DNA of 64,000 nucleotides from an uncultured Actinomycetes bacterium. Its GTDB lineage: Bacteria > Actinomycetota > Thermoleophilia > UBA2241. A program made the translations under genes and the position numbers. Shown here in pieces: positions 55,095 to 64,000 of the stretch (position 1 is its first letter; each line of letters opens with the position of its first letter). The stretch spans positions 512,001-576,000 of the forward strand of contig CAVRZA010000011.1 in assembly GCA_963725665.1 (NCBI GenBank), given 5' to 3'. The notes below the pieces were generated by a model. It did not search any database, was not told where the DNA came from, and was given only the letters and a program-made list of their open reading frames with translations.

Positions 55095-55679
55095 ACTCAC
55101 TGTAGGGCGTCTGTGCGGCGTCGAGGGCGAGATTCAAAGCGGAGCACGTTCACACGAGGTTCGCCAAGAAAGCCGAGCTGGCGTCCGGTGGTGTGTCGTC
55201 GATAAGCGCGAGCACGGCGGAGACGGTCGTGCCGCGGGCTGCGGCGACGCGCGCCGCCTGCGCGCGCGCGTTGGCGATGGTGATGTCGGGATCGAGACCA
55301 CTCGCCGAGGTCGTCACCATGTCGATCGGCACGGCGCCGAATCGCAGCCCGGGGTTGGCGGCGATCTCCTGCTTGACGGAGGTCTGACCCGGTCGGCGAG
55401 CGTCTTGTTGGTCGGCCCCAGGTTCGAGAACGACGAGGCCATCGCGTCGTAGCCCTCCCCGGCGGCGGATAGGCGAGGCTGGAAGTACTTGGCCGCCGTG
55501 AAGTTCTGTCCGATCAGGCTTCGACCCGATCGACTGCTGCCGTTCTTCTTGACGAGGCTGCCGTTGGCCTTGCCGGGAAAGATGACCTGTGCCAGGCCGG
55601 TCATGACCAGCGGGTAGATGATGCCCGCTATCACTGCTGTGACGATCGTCATGCGAATCGAGATCCAGACGTATTTCAC
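55095..55679 (-). CDS. kdpC: K+-transporting ATPase subunit C (copy 1), frameshifted; 3' end approximate
   Basis: IYPLVMTG, ANGSL, LIGQNF, YFQPRLSA, SNLGP and VTTSASGLDPDI. Confidence 0.88.
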
Positions 55680-55697
55680 GATGCCTCTCCTCGGTCC

Positions 55698-57752
55698 CTA
55701 GGTCGTCAAGTGAGTCGCCACGAGGATCAGGTCGATGATCTTGATGCCGATGAAGGGAGCTACCACTCCCCCGAGGCCGTAGACGAGCAGGTTGTAGCGC
55801 AGCAGCCGGGCGGCCGGCCAGGGCCGGTATTTCACGCCACGCAAGGCGAGTGGGATCAGCATGACGATGATGATCGCGTTGAAGATCACCGCCGAGAGCA
55901 CGGCGCTGTGCGGCGAGTGCAGGCCCATGACGTTGAGGCTCGAGAGCTCGGGGAACGAGACCATGAACATCGCCGGGATGATGGCGAAGTACTTGGCCAC
56001 GTCGTTGGCGATGCTGAACGTTGTCAATGCGCCGCGGGTGATGAGGAGCTGCTTGCCGATGGCCACGATCTCGATGAGCTTTGTCGGGTTGGAGTCGAGG
56101 TCGACCATGTTGCCGGCCTCCTTGGCGGCCGACGTGCCGGTGTTCATGGCGACGCCGACGTCGGCCTGCGCCAGCGCCGGCGCGTCGTTCGTGCCGTCCC
56201 CTGTCATAGCGACCAGCTTCCCCTGCCGCTGCTCGCTACGGATGAGCTCCATCTTGGTCTCGGGCGTCGCCTCGGCAAGGAAGTCGTCAACACCGGCCTC
56301 CTTGGCGATGACCGCCGCCGTGAGCGGGTTGTCCCCCGTGATCATGACGGTGCGGATGCCCATGGCGCGCAGCTCATCGAAGCGCTCGCGCATACCGCCC
56401 TTCACGATGTCCTTCAGGTGGATGACGCCAAGGACCTTCTGGTCGCTCGCGACCGCCAGGGGCGTCCCGCCCTGCAGCGATACCTTCTCGATCGTCTCTT
56501 CGAGCAGGGGTGGGACCTCGCTGCCACGCTGGCGCACCCAGCTGATGATGGCGTCGCCGGCGCCCTTGCGCACAGCGTGCCCGTTCAGGTCGATGCCGCT
56601 CATGCGCGTCTGCGCGCTGAACTCGATGAAGGTGGCCTTCTCTGGGTCGATGTGACGCCCGCGAATGCCGTAGTTCTTGGCCAACACAACGATCGAGCGG
56701 CCCTCGGGCGTCTCGTCGGCGAGGGAGGCGAGCTGCGCGGCGTCGGCGAGCTCCTCCTCTGACACGCCGGACATGGGGATGAACTCGGAGGCCTGCCGGT
56801 TGCCCAGCGTTATCGTCCCCGTCTTGTCGAGCAGCAACGTGTCGACGTCGCCCGCGGCCTCCACCGCGCGCCCCGACATGGCGAGTACGTTGTGGCGCAC
56901 GAGCCGGTCCATGCCTGCGATGCCGATCGCCGAGAGTAGCCCGCCGATGGTCGTCGGGATGAGGCACACAAGCAAGGCGATCAGGACCGTGGCTGACTGG
57001 GCCGCATTGCTGTAGATCGCGAACGGCTGCAACGTCATGATCACGATCACGAAGATGATCGTCAGGCCGGCGAGGAGGATCGTCAGGGCGATCTCGTTGG
57101 GGGTCTTCTGGCGCTGGGCGCCCTCGACGAGGGCGATCATGCGATCGAGGAACGTCTCGCCGGGGTCGGAGGTGATCCTGACCCGAATCTGGTCGGACAG
57201 GACTTTCGTGCCGCCGGTGACGGCGCTGCGGTCGCCGCCGCTCTCGCGGATGACCGGCGCAGATTCGCCCGTGATGGCGGACTCGTCGACCGAGGCGATG
57301 CCCTCGATGATGTCGCCATCGCTGGGGATGATCTCGCCCGCCGAAACGATGACCACGTCGCCGCGGCGCAGCTGCGTCGCCGGCACCTGCTCGAGGCCGG
57401 TCTCGGTGACGAGGTTGGCGAGCGTCTCGGTCTTCATCTTGCGCAGCGCATCGGCTTGGGCCTTGCCGCGACCCTCGGCCATGGCCGTGGCGAAGTTGGC
57501 GAAGAGCACCGTGAACCAGAGCCAGCCGGCGACGGCGCCGACGAACGCCGTATCGCTGCTCGAGCGGATGAGTCCGGCTATGAAATAGTAGGTGGTGATC
57601 GCGCTGCCGACCTCGACCACGAACATGACTGGGTTGCGGGCTACGTCGCGCGGGTCAAGCTTGACGAATGAGCTGCCGATCGCCGGCCAGATGAGGTCGC
57701 GCATGGAGGCGGTCTCCCGCCGCAGGGGCTTGTCGTGGGTGTCGTCAGCCAT
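55698..57752 (-). CDS. kdpB: K+-transporting ATPase subunit B (copy 1)
   Basis: [47 protein letters not shown] and [12 protein letters not shown]. Confidence 0.97.
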   Translation of the reverse strand: MADDTHDKPLRRETASMRDLIWPAIGSSFVKLDPRDVARNPVMFVVEVGSAITTYYFIAGLIRSSSDTAFVGAVAGWLWFTVLFANFATAMAEGRGKAQADALRKMKTETLANLVTETGLEQVPATQLRRGDVVIVSAGEIIPSDGDIIEGIASVDESAITGESAPVIRESGGDRSAVTGGTKVLSDQIRVRITSDPGETFLDRMIALVEGAQRQKTPNEIALTILLAGLTIIFVIVIMTLQPFAIYSNAAQSATVLIALLVCLIPTTIGGLLSAIGIAGMDRLVRHNVLAMSGRAVEAAGDVDTLLLDKTGTITLGNRQASEFIPMSGVSEEELADAAQLASLADETPEGRSIVVLAKNYGIRGRHIDPEKATFIEFSAQTRMSGIDLNGHAVRKGAGDAIISWVRQRGSEVPPLLEETIEKVSLQGGTPLAVASDQKVLGVIHLKDIVKGGMRERFDELRAMGIRTVMITGDNPLTAAVIAKEAGVDDFLAEATPETKMELIRSEQRQGKLVAMTGDGTNDAPALAQADVGVAMNTGTSAAKEAGNMVDLDSNPTKLIEIVAIGKQLLITRGALTTFSIANDVAKYFAIIPAMFMVSFPELSSLNVMGLHSPHSAVLSAVIFNAIIIVMLIPLALRGVKYRPWPAARLLRYNLLVYGLGGVVAPFIGIKIIDLILVATHLTT

Positions 57753-57764
57753 CGCAGTCGCCCG

Positions 57765-59492
57765 TCATCCGAAGAGCTTGCCGGCGTTCATGAGGAACTG
57801 TTCGACGATCGGGCCGAGCGCCAGCGCCGGGAAGAACGTCAGCGCCCCCACGATGAGGATCACGCCCACGAGCAGCACGACGAAGATCACGCCGGTTGTG
57901 GGGAACGTACCGGGCGAGGGCGGCACCGACTTCTTGCCGGCCAGCGAGCTGGCCAGGGCCAAGCACGGGATGATGAAGAAGAAGCGCCCCCACATCATGC
58001 AGAGGCCGCCGATCGTGCTCCAGAACCGCCCGCTGGCCGTGAGACCGGCAAAGGCGCTGCCGTTGTTGCCGGTCTGTGAGAACGTCCCGTAGAGGATCTC
58101 CGAGAGGCCGTGGGGGCCGGGGTTCAGCGCAGCCTCCTTGCCGGCCGGCAGGACGGCCGCCAGCGCGGCGAAGCCCAGGGCGGTCACGCAGTAGTACAGG
58201 ACCGCAAGGACGGCGAGCTTCATCTCGCGGCCCTCGATCTTCTTGCCCAGGTACTCAGGCGTGCGGCCGACCATGAGGCCGGCGATGAACACCGCGAGAA
58301 TGGCGTTGATCAGCAGTCCCATGAGGCCGACGCCGACACCGCCAAACACCACTTCCCCGAGGGCCATGTTCAGCATGGCGAAGCCACCCGCGATCGGCGT
58401 CAGGCTGTCGTGCGCGGTGTTGACCGCACCGCACGACGTGTCTGTGGTCGTGGTGGCCCAGAGGATCGACGCGGAGATCCCGAAACGGACCTCCTTGCCC
58501 TCCATGTTGCCGCCGGACTGGGTCGAGCTGAGCGTCTGATCCGCCCCAAGCTTCGTCAGGATCGGGTTGCCTCGCTGCTCGCTGGCGTACATCACCGCCA
58601 CGCTCATGAGCAGGATGGCCATGGCCGCCGCGAAGAGCGCCCACCCCTGTCGCTGATTGCCCGCGAAGCGCCCGAACGTGTAGGTGAGCGAGACGGGGAT
58701 GGCGAGCAGCATCAGGTCCTCGAACAGGTTGCTGAACGGCGTCGGGTTCTCGTAGGGGTGCGCCGAGTTGGCGTTGTAGGAGCCGCCGCCGTTGGTGCCC
58801 AGCTCCTTGATGATCTCCTGCGAGGCGAACGGTCCCTGCGCTATGGTCTGCGTGATCCCCTCGACCGTGACGGCGCGCGTCGGGGCGTTGAGGTTCTGCA
58901 CGACGCCCTGCGATACGAGCACGAGCGTCCCGACGATCGAGATTGGCAGCAGCACGTAGAGGAAGCTGCGCGTGAGGTCGACCCAGAAGTTGCCCAGCTC
59001 GCGTCTTGAGTGTCGCGTGAGCCCGCGGATGAACGCTACGGCGACCGCGATGCCGACGGCGGCCGACACGAAGTTCTCGCGCGCCAGCGCGAGCATCTGC
59101 GTCAGGTAGCTCACCTGCGTCTCGGGGACGTAGACCTGCCAGTTGGTGTTGGTCGCGAAGCTGACGGCGGTGTTGAAGGCCACCGTGGGGCTCATGTCGG
59201 GGACGTGTGCCGGGTTCAGCGGCAAGTGACCCTGGAGCCGGAGTATCAGGTAGATGAAAAGCAGGACCACGAAGTTGAAGACGAGGAGTGACACCGCGTA
59301 CGCCACCACCCCCATCTCGCGGGTCTCGTCGACGCCACACAGGCGGTAGGTCAGCCTCTCCACGGGACGAACGATGGGGTGGAGGAAGGTGCGTTCGCCG
59401 CGGAAGACGTGCGCCATGAAGAGCCCCAGGGGTTTGGCGATCAGTCCGAGCAGGACGACGTAGACGACGATCTGCAGGATCCCCCAACCCAT
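57765..59492 (-). CDS. kdpA: K+-transporting ATPase subunit A (copy 1)
   Basis: SFATNTNWQ, LGTNGGG, NMEGKEVRFG, GRTPEYLGKKIE and NNGSAFAG. Confidence 0.97.
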   Translation of the reverse strand: MGWGILQIVVYVVLLGLIAKPLGLFMAHVFRGERTFLHPIVRPVERLTYRLCGVDETREMGVVAYAVSLLVFNFVVLLFIYLILRLQGHLPLNPAHVPDMSPTVAFNTAVSFATNTNWQVYVPETQVSYLTQMLALARENFVSAAVGIAVAVAFIRGLTRHSRRELGNFWVDLTRSFLYVLLPISIVGTLVLVSQGVVQNLNAPTRAVTVEGITQTIAQGPFASQEIIKELGTNGGGSYNANSAHPYENPTPFSNLFEDLMLLAIPVSLTYTFGRFAGNQRQGWALFAAAMAILLMSVAVMYASEQRGNPILTKLGADQTLSSTQSGGNMEGKEVRFGISASILWATTTTDTSCGAVNTAHDSLTPIAGGFAMLNMALGEVVFGGVGVGLMGLLINAILAVFIAGLMVGRTPEYLGKKIEGREMKLAVLAVLYYCVTALGFAALAAVLPAGKEAALNPGPHGLSEILYGTFSQTGNNGSAFAGLTASGRFWSTIGGLCMMWGRFFFIIPCLALASSLAGKKSVPPSPGTFPTTGVIFVVLLVGVILIVGALTFFPALALGPIVEQFLMNAGKLFG

Positions 59493-59507
59493 GGCGCTTC
59501 CGGCTGC

Positions 59508-59597
59508 CTAGAACTTCTCTGGTCTCAGAAGGGAGTAGAAGAGGTAGATGATCAGGGCGACTGCAATGATGCCGAGGATGAGGTAGGCGACGTTCAC
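59508..59597 (-). CDS. kdpF: K+-transporting ATPase subunit F (copy 1), 29 aa
   Basis: Manual translation MNVAYLILGIIAVALIIYLFYSLLRPEKF*, with the YL..LL.PEKF signature. Confidence 0.92.
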   Translation of the reverse strand: MNVAYLILGIIAVALIIYLFYSLLRPEKF

Positions 59598-59603
59598 CTT
59601 CGT

Positions 59604-59693
59604 CTACAGGCGAGGAGCCAGCCGAGCGTAGGCGAGAGAGAGGAAGAAGAACGCCATCACCACGGCGACGCAGGCAACATCACCCATCCCCAT
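59604..59693 (-). CDS. 29-aa hydrophobic peptide upstream of kdpF
   Basis: MGMGDVACVAVVMAFFFLSLAYARLAPRL* with AAGGAG RBS; ends 6 nt before kdpF. Confidence 0.7.
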   Translation of the reverse strand: MGMGDVACVAVVMAFFFLSLAYARLAPRL

Positions 59694-59859
59694 GCTCCTT
59701 CCGCTGTCGGCCTTGTTCTTCCCGAGCATACAACCAGATAACGACTACACAAACCGTAGCCTGTTCGGCCCGGGCCACCGGGCGTCGGCCCGCGTGCGAC
59801 GCAATTCGGCGGCGCTCCTTTGGGTGCACCGTGATCCGAGCGTAACTGTCCTTGGGCAC

Positions 59860-59903
59860 AGTGATGCCCGCCGTCCTCGGGCGGGAGGACGGCGGGCATC
59901 ACT
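59860..59903. terminator. Perfect 19-bp hairpin (possible terminator)
   Basis: AGTGATGCCCGCCGTCCTC-GGGCGG-GAGGACGGCGGGCATCACT, 14 nt after the stop of the minus-strand ORF ending at 59918. Confidence 0.6.
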
Positions 59904-59917
59904 CTGACTAAGGCGCG

Positions 59918-60178
59918 TCAGTGACGGTAGGAGTGCGCAAACCTCGGAGTGCGCACGTACCTGGCGGGCGCAGGCTTCTCGGCCGGACGCTCGTCGGCCA
60001 AACGCTCCTGGGCCGGGCGCTTCGCCAGGATGAGACGGGCGACCTCACTCTGCTCCCGCCGATAGCGCTTGATGGCGCGCTCCTCGAAGATGAGCCAGAG
60101 AAGGTAGACCAGCGCACCCGCTGCCGCGACGGTCGCTGCGACCGCCACGAACGCAATCAAATCTGCTGCAACTGCCAC
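59918..60178 (-). CDS. Small single-pass membrane protein (86 aa)
   Basis: GTG 60178 with GGAGGTG RBS; N-terminal hydrophobic helix followed by a basic tail. Confidence 0.6.
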   Translation of the reverse strand: MAVAADLIAFVAVAATVAAAGALVYLLWLIFEERAIKRYRREQSEVARLILAKRPAQERLADERPAEKPAPARYVRTPRFAHSYRH

Positions 60179-60385
60179 TTCTGCACCTCCCAACTCCCGC
60201 AGCGTACCCCGGCGTATGTTAAGAAGCCGTAAAGACCACGCCGGTCCATGTGAATGTTTCCTAAAGGCCAAGCGAGCGCCCCCGAGGCCGAGAGGTTGGC
60301 GGCAGCGGTCGCCGCGGTCTGCCCGCCGGCTCGCGAGTGCCGATTGGGACCTGCAGTCGTCTGCCACTCCGACGCCGCAGGCTTC

Positions 60386-60466
60386 CTACTCGTGCGTGGT
60401 CAGCTTGTATCCGGCAAGCAGGAAAATGGCCATCAGAGCCAGCCACACAAGTGCTTCCAGAGCCAC
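60386..60466 (-). CDS. 26-aa hydrophobic peptide
   Basis: MALEALVWLALMAIFLLAGYKLTTHE* behind a full TAAGGAGGTG Shine-Dalgarno (60471-60480). Confidence 0.55.
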   Translation of the reverse strand: MALEALVWLALMAIFLLAGYKLTTHE

Positions 60467-60760
60467 CGTCCACCTCCTTACATGCACAAGCAGGGTACCC
60501 AGGGTCCTCTTAAGGCCTCGTGAAGCGAGGGCGTAGAGGCGTGAAGTTTGCGTGAACACCCTGAGCGTCGTTCGCGACCACAGGCGATCGAAGATCAGGG
60601 GGTCGAGTCACACACGGTCCGCCCAACCGGAGAGGCACGAGCGCGATCGAGGAAGAGCGCCACGCTCGGTTCCGTCTGCCCCGCGCTGGGCTTGCCGACG
60701 GCCTTTAGATCTGCCGACCCTCGTTCCTCTCTGCGCCTCTGTCGGCGCTGCGGGGACCGG

Positions 60761-60779
60761 CTTTATCTAATCTTTATGC
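60761..60779 (+). promoter_or_regulatory. KdpE-box-like 11-bp-spaced direct repeat
   Basis: CTTTATC-TAAT-CTTTATG upstream of the second kdp operon, in an AT-rich patch. Confidence 0.55.
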
Positions 60780-60909
60780 ACTTGTGACTACGTTTTACTA
60801 ATGGTTAACGTCGTTTCGGGAACATGTCGCGCAGTCGGTTCAGTTGATGTCCAGTGCCGGGGGCTGCCGTCGCCGGCCTTGAACGAGTCAGCCATGGAGG
60901 TCGGAGCTG

Positions 60910-60993
60910 ATGCCCGATTTCGTTGCAGTACTTATCGCCTTGGCGTGCTTCGCGGTGCTGTTCGTGCTCCTCTACGCCCTGGAGCGCGTGTGA
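60910..60993 (+). CDS. 27-aa hydrophobic peptide upstream of kdpF (copy 2)
   Basis: MPDFVAVLIALACFAVLFVLLYALERV* with GGAG RBS; TGATG overlap with kdpF. Confidence 0.72.
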   Translation: MPDFVAVLIALACFAVLFVLLYALERV

Positions 60994-61082
60994 TGGCCGC
61001 CGCAGACGTCTTCGGATTGGCGATCGCGGTGGCGATCGCCGTGTATCTCCTCTACGCACTCTTCAGAGGGGAGCGATTCTGA
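60993..61082 (+). CDS. kdpF: K+-transporting ATPase subunit F (copy 2), 29 aa
   Basis: MAAADVFGLAIAVAIAVYLLYALFRGERF*; TGATG overlap with kdpA. Confidence 0.88.
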   Translation: MAAADVFGLAIAVAIAVYLLYALFRGERF

Positions 61083-62773
61083 TGACCCCCGAAGGTATCG
61101 GCCAGATCGCCCTCTACGTCGCCCTCCTGATCGCGTTCGCCTATCCACTAGGCCGTTACTACATGGCCTGGGTCTACACGCACGGGCGCGACGATCCTGT
61201 GGAGCGGGGCATGTTCCGGCTGTTCGGGCGTGGCAGCGGCAGCGAGCAGGACTGGAAGAGCTATGCCAAGACTGTGCTGATCTTCAGTCTCGTCTTCTCC
61301 GGCGTGCTCTATGCGATCATGCGTCTCCAGGCCCGCCTGTTCCTCAACCCGGACCACCTGGCCGCGGTTCCCTGGCACATCTCGCTCAACACAACCGCTA
61401 GCTTCATCACGAACACCAATTGGCAGTACTACGCCGGCGAATCGACGATGTCGTACCTGAGCCAGATGGCCGGCCTGGCGGTGCAGAACTTCGTCTCCGC
61501 CGCCGTGGGCATGGCGGTGCTGGCGGCCGTCGTGCGCGGCTTCTCGCGCCGCTCGCGGCACGAATTGGGCAACTTCTGGCGCGATCTCTATCGCTCCCTG
61601 GTGTACATCCTGCTGCCACTTTCGATCGTCGTCGCGGTGATCCTGATCTCGCAGGGCGTGCCCCAGACGTTCCACGCGCACGCCACGGCGACCACGCTGC
61701 AGGGCGCCCATCAGACGATCGCCCGTGGCCCCGTCGCCTCGCAGATCGCCATCAAGCAACTGGGCACCAACGGCGGCGGCTACTACAACTCGAACTCCGC
61801 TGTTCCTCTCGAGAATCCGACAGGGCTCTCGAACTTCGCCGAGATGCTCGCGATCCTGCTGATCCCCGCCGCCCAGGTGTTCATGTTCGGGCGCATGGTG
61901 CGAGCCCGCCGCCACGCCTGGATGGTTTTCGCGGCGATGTTCGTCATGTTCGTGATCGGTATCGGCGTCAACCTGGCGGCCGAGCAGCACGGTTCGCAGG
62001 TGCTGCGCGGCGCAGGCGTGAACATCGCCGCGGGCCAGGGGCAGAGCGGCGGCAACATGGCCGACAAGGAGGTCCGCTTTGGCATCGCCGCCACAACGAA
62101 CTGGACGGTCGCTACGAGCGACGCCTCGAATGGCTCGGTAAACGGCGGTTTCGATGCCAACACCGCCATTGGCGGCGCCGTGCCCCTCGTCAACCTCTTC
62201 GTGGGTGAGGTCATCTTCGGCGGCGTCGGCTCCGGACTGTACGGCATGTTCTTCTACATCGTGATCGCCGTGTTCATCGCCGGCCTGATGGTAGGTCGCA
62301 CGCCGGAGTGGCTGGGCAAGAAGATCGAGGCGCGTGAGATCAAATACGCCGCTATCGGCGCGCTCTTCGTGCCTACCATGGTGCTCGTCATGACTGCGAT
62401 CGCCGTGGCCGCGCCGGCGGGGCTCGCCTCGATCTTCAACCCGGGCGCCCACGGCTTCACGGAGGCGCTCTACGCGTACGACTCGCAGGCGAACAACAAC
62501 GGCAGCGCCTTCGCTGGCTACGGGGCGACCACCTTCTCCGCCACCTTTGGCACGATCGCGCTCTACCTCGGCCGCTTCGCGCCGCTGCTGGCGGCGCTGG
62601 CCCTCGGGGGCTCGCTCGCGGGGAAGAAGGTAGCACCCGAGTCCGCGGGGACCTTCCGCACCGACGGCCCTACCTTCGTCGTCCTGCTCGTCGGCGTCAT
62701 TGCGCTCACCGCCGGTCTGATGATCCTGCCCGCACTGAGCCTCGGGCCAATCGTGGAGTCACTGATGCACTGA
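61082..62773 (+). CDS. kdpA: K+-transporting ATPase subunit A (copy 2)
   Basis: SFITNTNWQ, QLGTNGGG, DKEVRFG, GRTPEWLGKKIE and NNNGSAFAG. Confidence 0.97.
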   Translation: MTPEGIGQIALYVALLIAFAYPLGRYYMAWVYTHGRDDPVERGMFRLFGRGSGSEQDWKSYAKTVLIFSLVFSGVLYAIMRLQARLFLNPDHLAAVPWHISLNTTASFITNTNWQYYAGESTMSYLSQMAGLAVQNFVSAAVGMAVLAAVVRGFSRRSRHELGNFWRDLYRSLVYILLPLSIVVAVILISQGVPQTFHAHATATTLQGAHQTIARGPVASQIAIKQLGTNGGGYYNSNSAVPLENPTGLSNFAEMLAILLIPAAQVFMFGRMVRARRHAWMVFAAMFVMFVIGIGVNLAAEQHGSQVLRGAGVNIAAGQGQSGGNMADKEVRFGIAATTNWTVATSDASNGSVNGGFDANTAIGGAVPLVNLFVGEVIFGGVGSGLYGMFFYIVIAVFIAGLMVGRTPEWLGKKIEAREIKYAAIGALFVPTMVLVMTAIAVAAPAGLASIFNPGAHGFTEALYAYDSQANNNGSAFAGYGATTFSATFGTIALYLGRFAPLLAALALGGSLAGKKVAPESAGTFRTDGPTFVVLLVGVIALTAGLMILPALSLGPIVESLMH

Positions 62774-63360
62774 TGCGTACGCTCCTTCGCACACTCATCG
62801 CCGTCGTCGCGCTCACCGCGGTCTTCGGCCTCGCCTACCCTGCGATCATGGTCGGTTTCGCATCGCTCTCGTTCTCGGGCAAGTCACAAGGCAGCCTGAT
62901 CTACCACAACGGCAGCGTGGTGGGTTCGCGCCTGGCGGCGCAGGAATTCACCGACCCCCGCTACTTTCATGAGCGGCCCTCGGCTACGTCGCCCGCGTAC
63001 AACGCCGGTGGGACGACCTTCGCCAACCTGGGGCCCACAAACCCCGATCTCACAAAAGCGGTGCGCGAGCAGGCGCAGGCGATCCTCAAGCTCGAGGGTC
63101 CCTACAACCCGGGTCTGACGATCGGCGATATCCCCGTCGACGCCGTCACGACCTCCGGCTCCGGCATCGACCCTCATGTCTCACCTGCTTACGCGGAGCT
63201 GCAGGCTCCTCGCATCGCCGCTGTGCGGCAACTGCCTCTCGCCACGGTCGAGAGGCTGGTCAAAGACAACACTGACGGTCGCAGCCTAGGCTTCCTCGGT
63301 GAGCCTGGTGTGAACGTCCTCGAGCTCAACCTTGCGCTCGACAGGCTAGGAGGCAAGTAG
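62773..63360 (+). CDS. kdpC: K+-transporting ATPase subunit C (copy 2)
   Basis: [32 protein letters not shown] and [15 protein letters not shown]. Confidence 0.95.
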   Translation: MRTLLRTLIAVVALTAVFGLAYPAIMVGFASLSFSGKSQGSLIYHNGSVVGSRLAAQEFTDPRYFHERPSATSPAYNAGGTTFANLGPTNPDLTKAVREQAQAILKLEGPYNPGLTIGDIPVDAVTTSGSGIDPHVSPAYAELQAPRIAAVRQLPLATVERLVKDNTDGRSLGFLGEPGVNVLELNLALDRLGGK

Positions 63361-63362
63361 GC

Positions 63363-64000
63363 ATGGCAAGGCGCTCAAGCGTCTTCTCGCGCGAGCTCGC
63401 GCTCGCAGCGGTGCGCGATTCCTTCCCCAAGCTCAACCCACGCAACCAGATCAGAAACCCGGTCATGTTCGTGGTCGAGATCGGCAGCGTCATCACAACC
63501 GCGATCTTCTTCATCGACCTCGTCCGCGGTCAGACCGGCCAGCTCTGGTTCGTCGGAACTATCTCGGTCTGGCTCTGGCTCACGGTGCTGTTCGCGAACT
63601 TCGCGGAGGCGATCGCCGAGGGCCGCGGAAAGGCACAGGCAAATGCCCTGAGGGCGACCAGGACGACCACGATCGCCACCCGGCGGCGCGAGAGCGGTGC
63701 CCTCGAGCAGGTCCCCGCGCCGGAGCTCTCGCGTGGGGACGTCGTCATCGTTACGGCGGGCGAGATCATTCCCGCCGACGGCGAAGTGATCGAAGGCATC
63801 GGCTCGGTCGACGAGTCGGCGATCACTGGCGAGTCGGCCCCCGTGATCCGCGAAGCCGGCGGCGATCGCTCTGCCGTCACTGGCGGCACCAGGCTCCTCT
63901 CAGACCGACTCGTCGTCGAAGTCACCCAGGAGGCGGGCAAGTCGTTCCTCGAGAGGATGATCGCACTGGTCGAGGGCGCGGAGCGGCGAAAGACGCCGAA
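63363..64000 (+). CDS. kdpB: K+-transporting ATPase subunit B (copy 2), runs off the right edge
   Basis: ATG 63363 with AGGAGG RBS; manual translation gives [36 protein letters not shown] and [12 protein letters not shown]. Confidence 0.95.
   Translation, partial: MARRSSVFSRELALAAVRDSFPKLNPRNQIRNPVMFVVEIGSVITTAIFFIDLVRGQTGQLWFVGTISVWLWLTVLFANFAEAIAEGRGKAQANALRATRTTTIATRRRESGALEQVPAPELSRGDVVIVTAGEIIPADGEVIEGIGSVDESAITGESAPVIREAGGDRSAVTGGTRLLSDRLVVEVTQEAGKSFLERMIALVEGAERRKTP

Overview
This is a very GC-rich (visually about 70%) bacterial chromosomal segment. Gene style and content suggest a deep-branching actinobacterium, possibly Thermoleophilia-like (inference, no taxonomic search run). From left to right it holds: the end of a glycan-biosynthesis locus (CapD-like, DUF354, DegT); dedA-archease-TetR-B12 radical SAM-rtcB; chorismate mutase and DUF151; tRNA-Ile; two Tat-lipoprotein polyamine-type binding proteins; a glycine riboswitch ahead of gcvH-gcvPA-gcvPB-lipoate ligase-lpdA-lipA (no gcvT); an ECF sigma/anti-sigma cluster with two SnoaL-like lipoproteins sharing an exact 106-bp repeat; MFS, HAD and beta-propeller genes; the selenocysteine machinery (selD with in-frame UGA and SECIS, selA, selB, tRNA-Sec); an NlpC/P60 gene preceded by an unexplained ~165-nt structured RNA candidate; a GAF-GGDEF protein; two secreted D-glucuronyl C5-epimerase paralogs; a non-pyrrolysine MttB; and a large K+ locus with two divergent kdp operons, several unannotated tiny membrane peptides, a kinase-less KdpD, a Na,K-ATPase-like (P2C-type motifs) P-type ATPase and two TrkA genes. 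Many single-base frameshifts cluster in patches and are probably consensus errors. I found no CRISPR array, integrase or transposase. All family calls come from motif recognition by eye, not from database searches.
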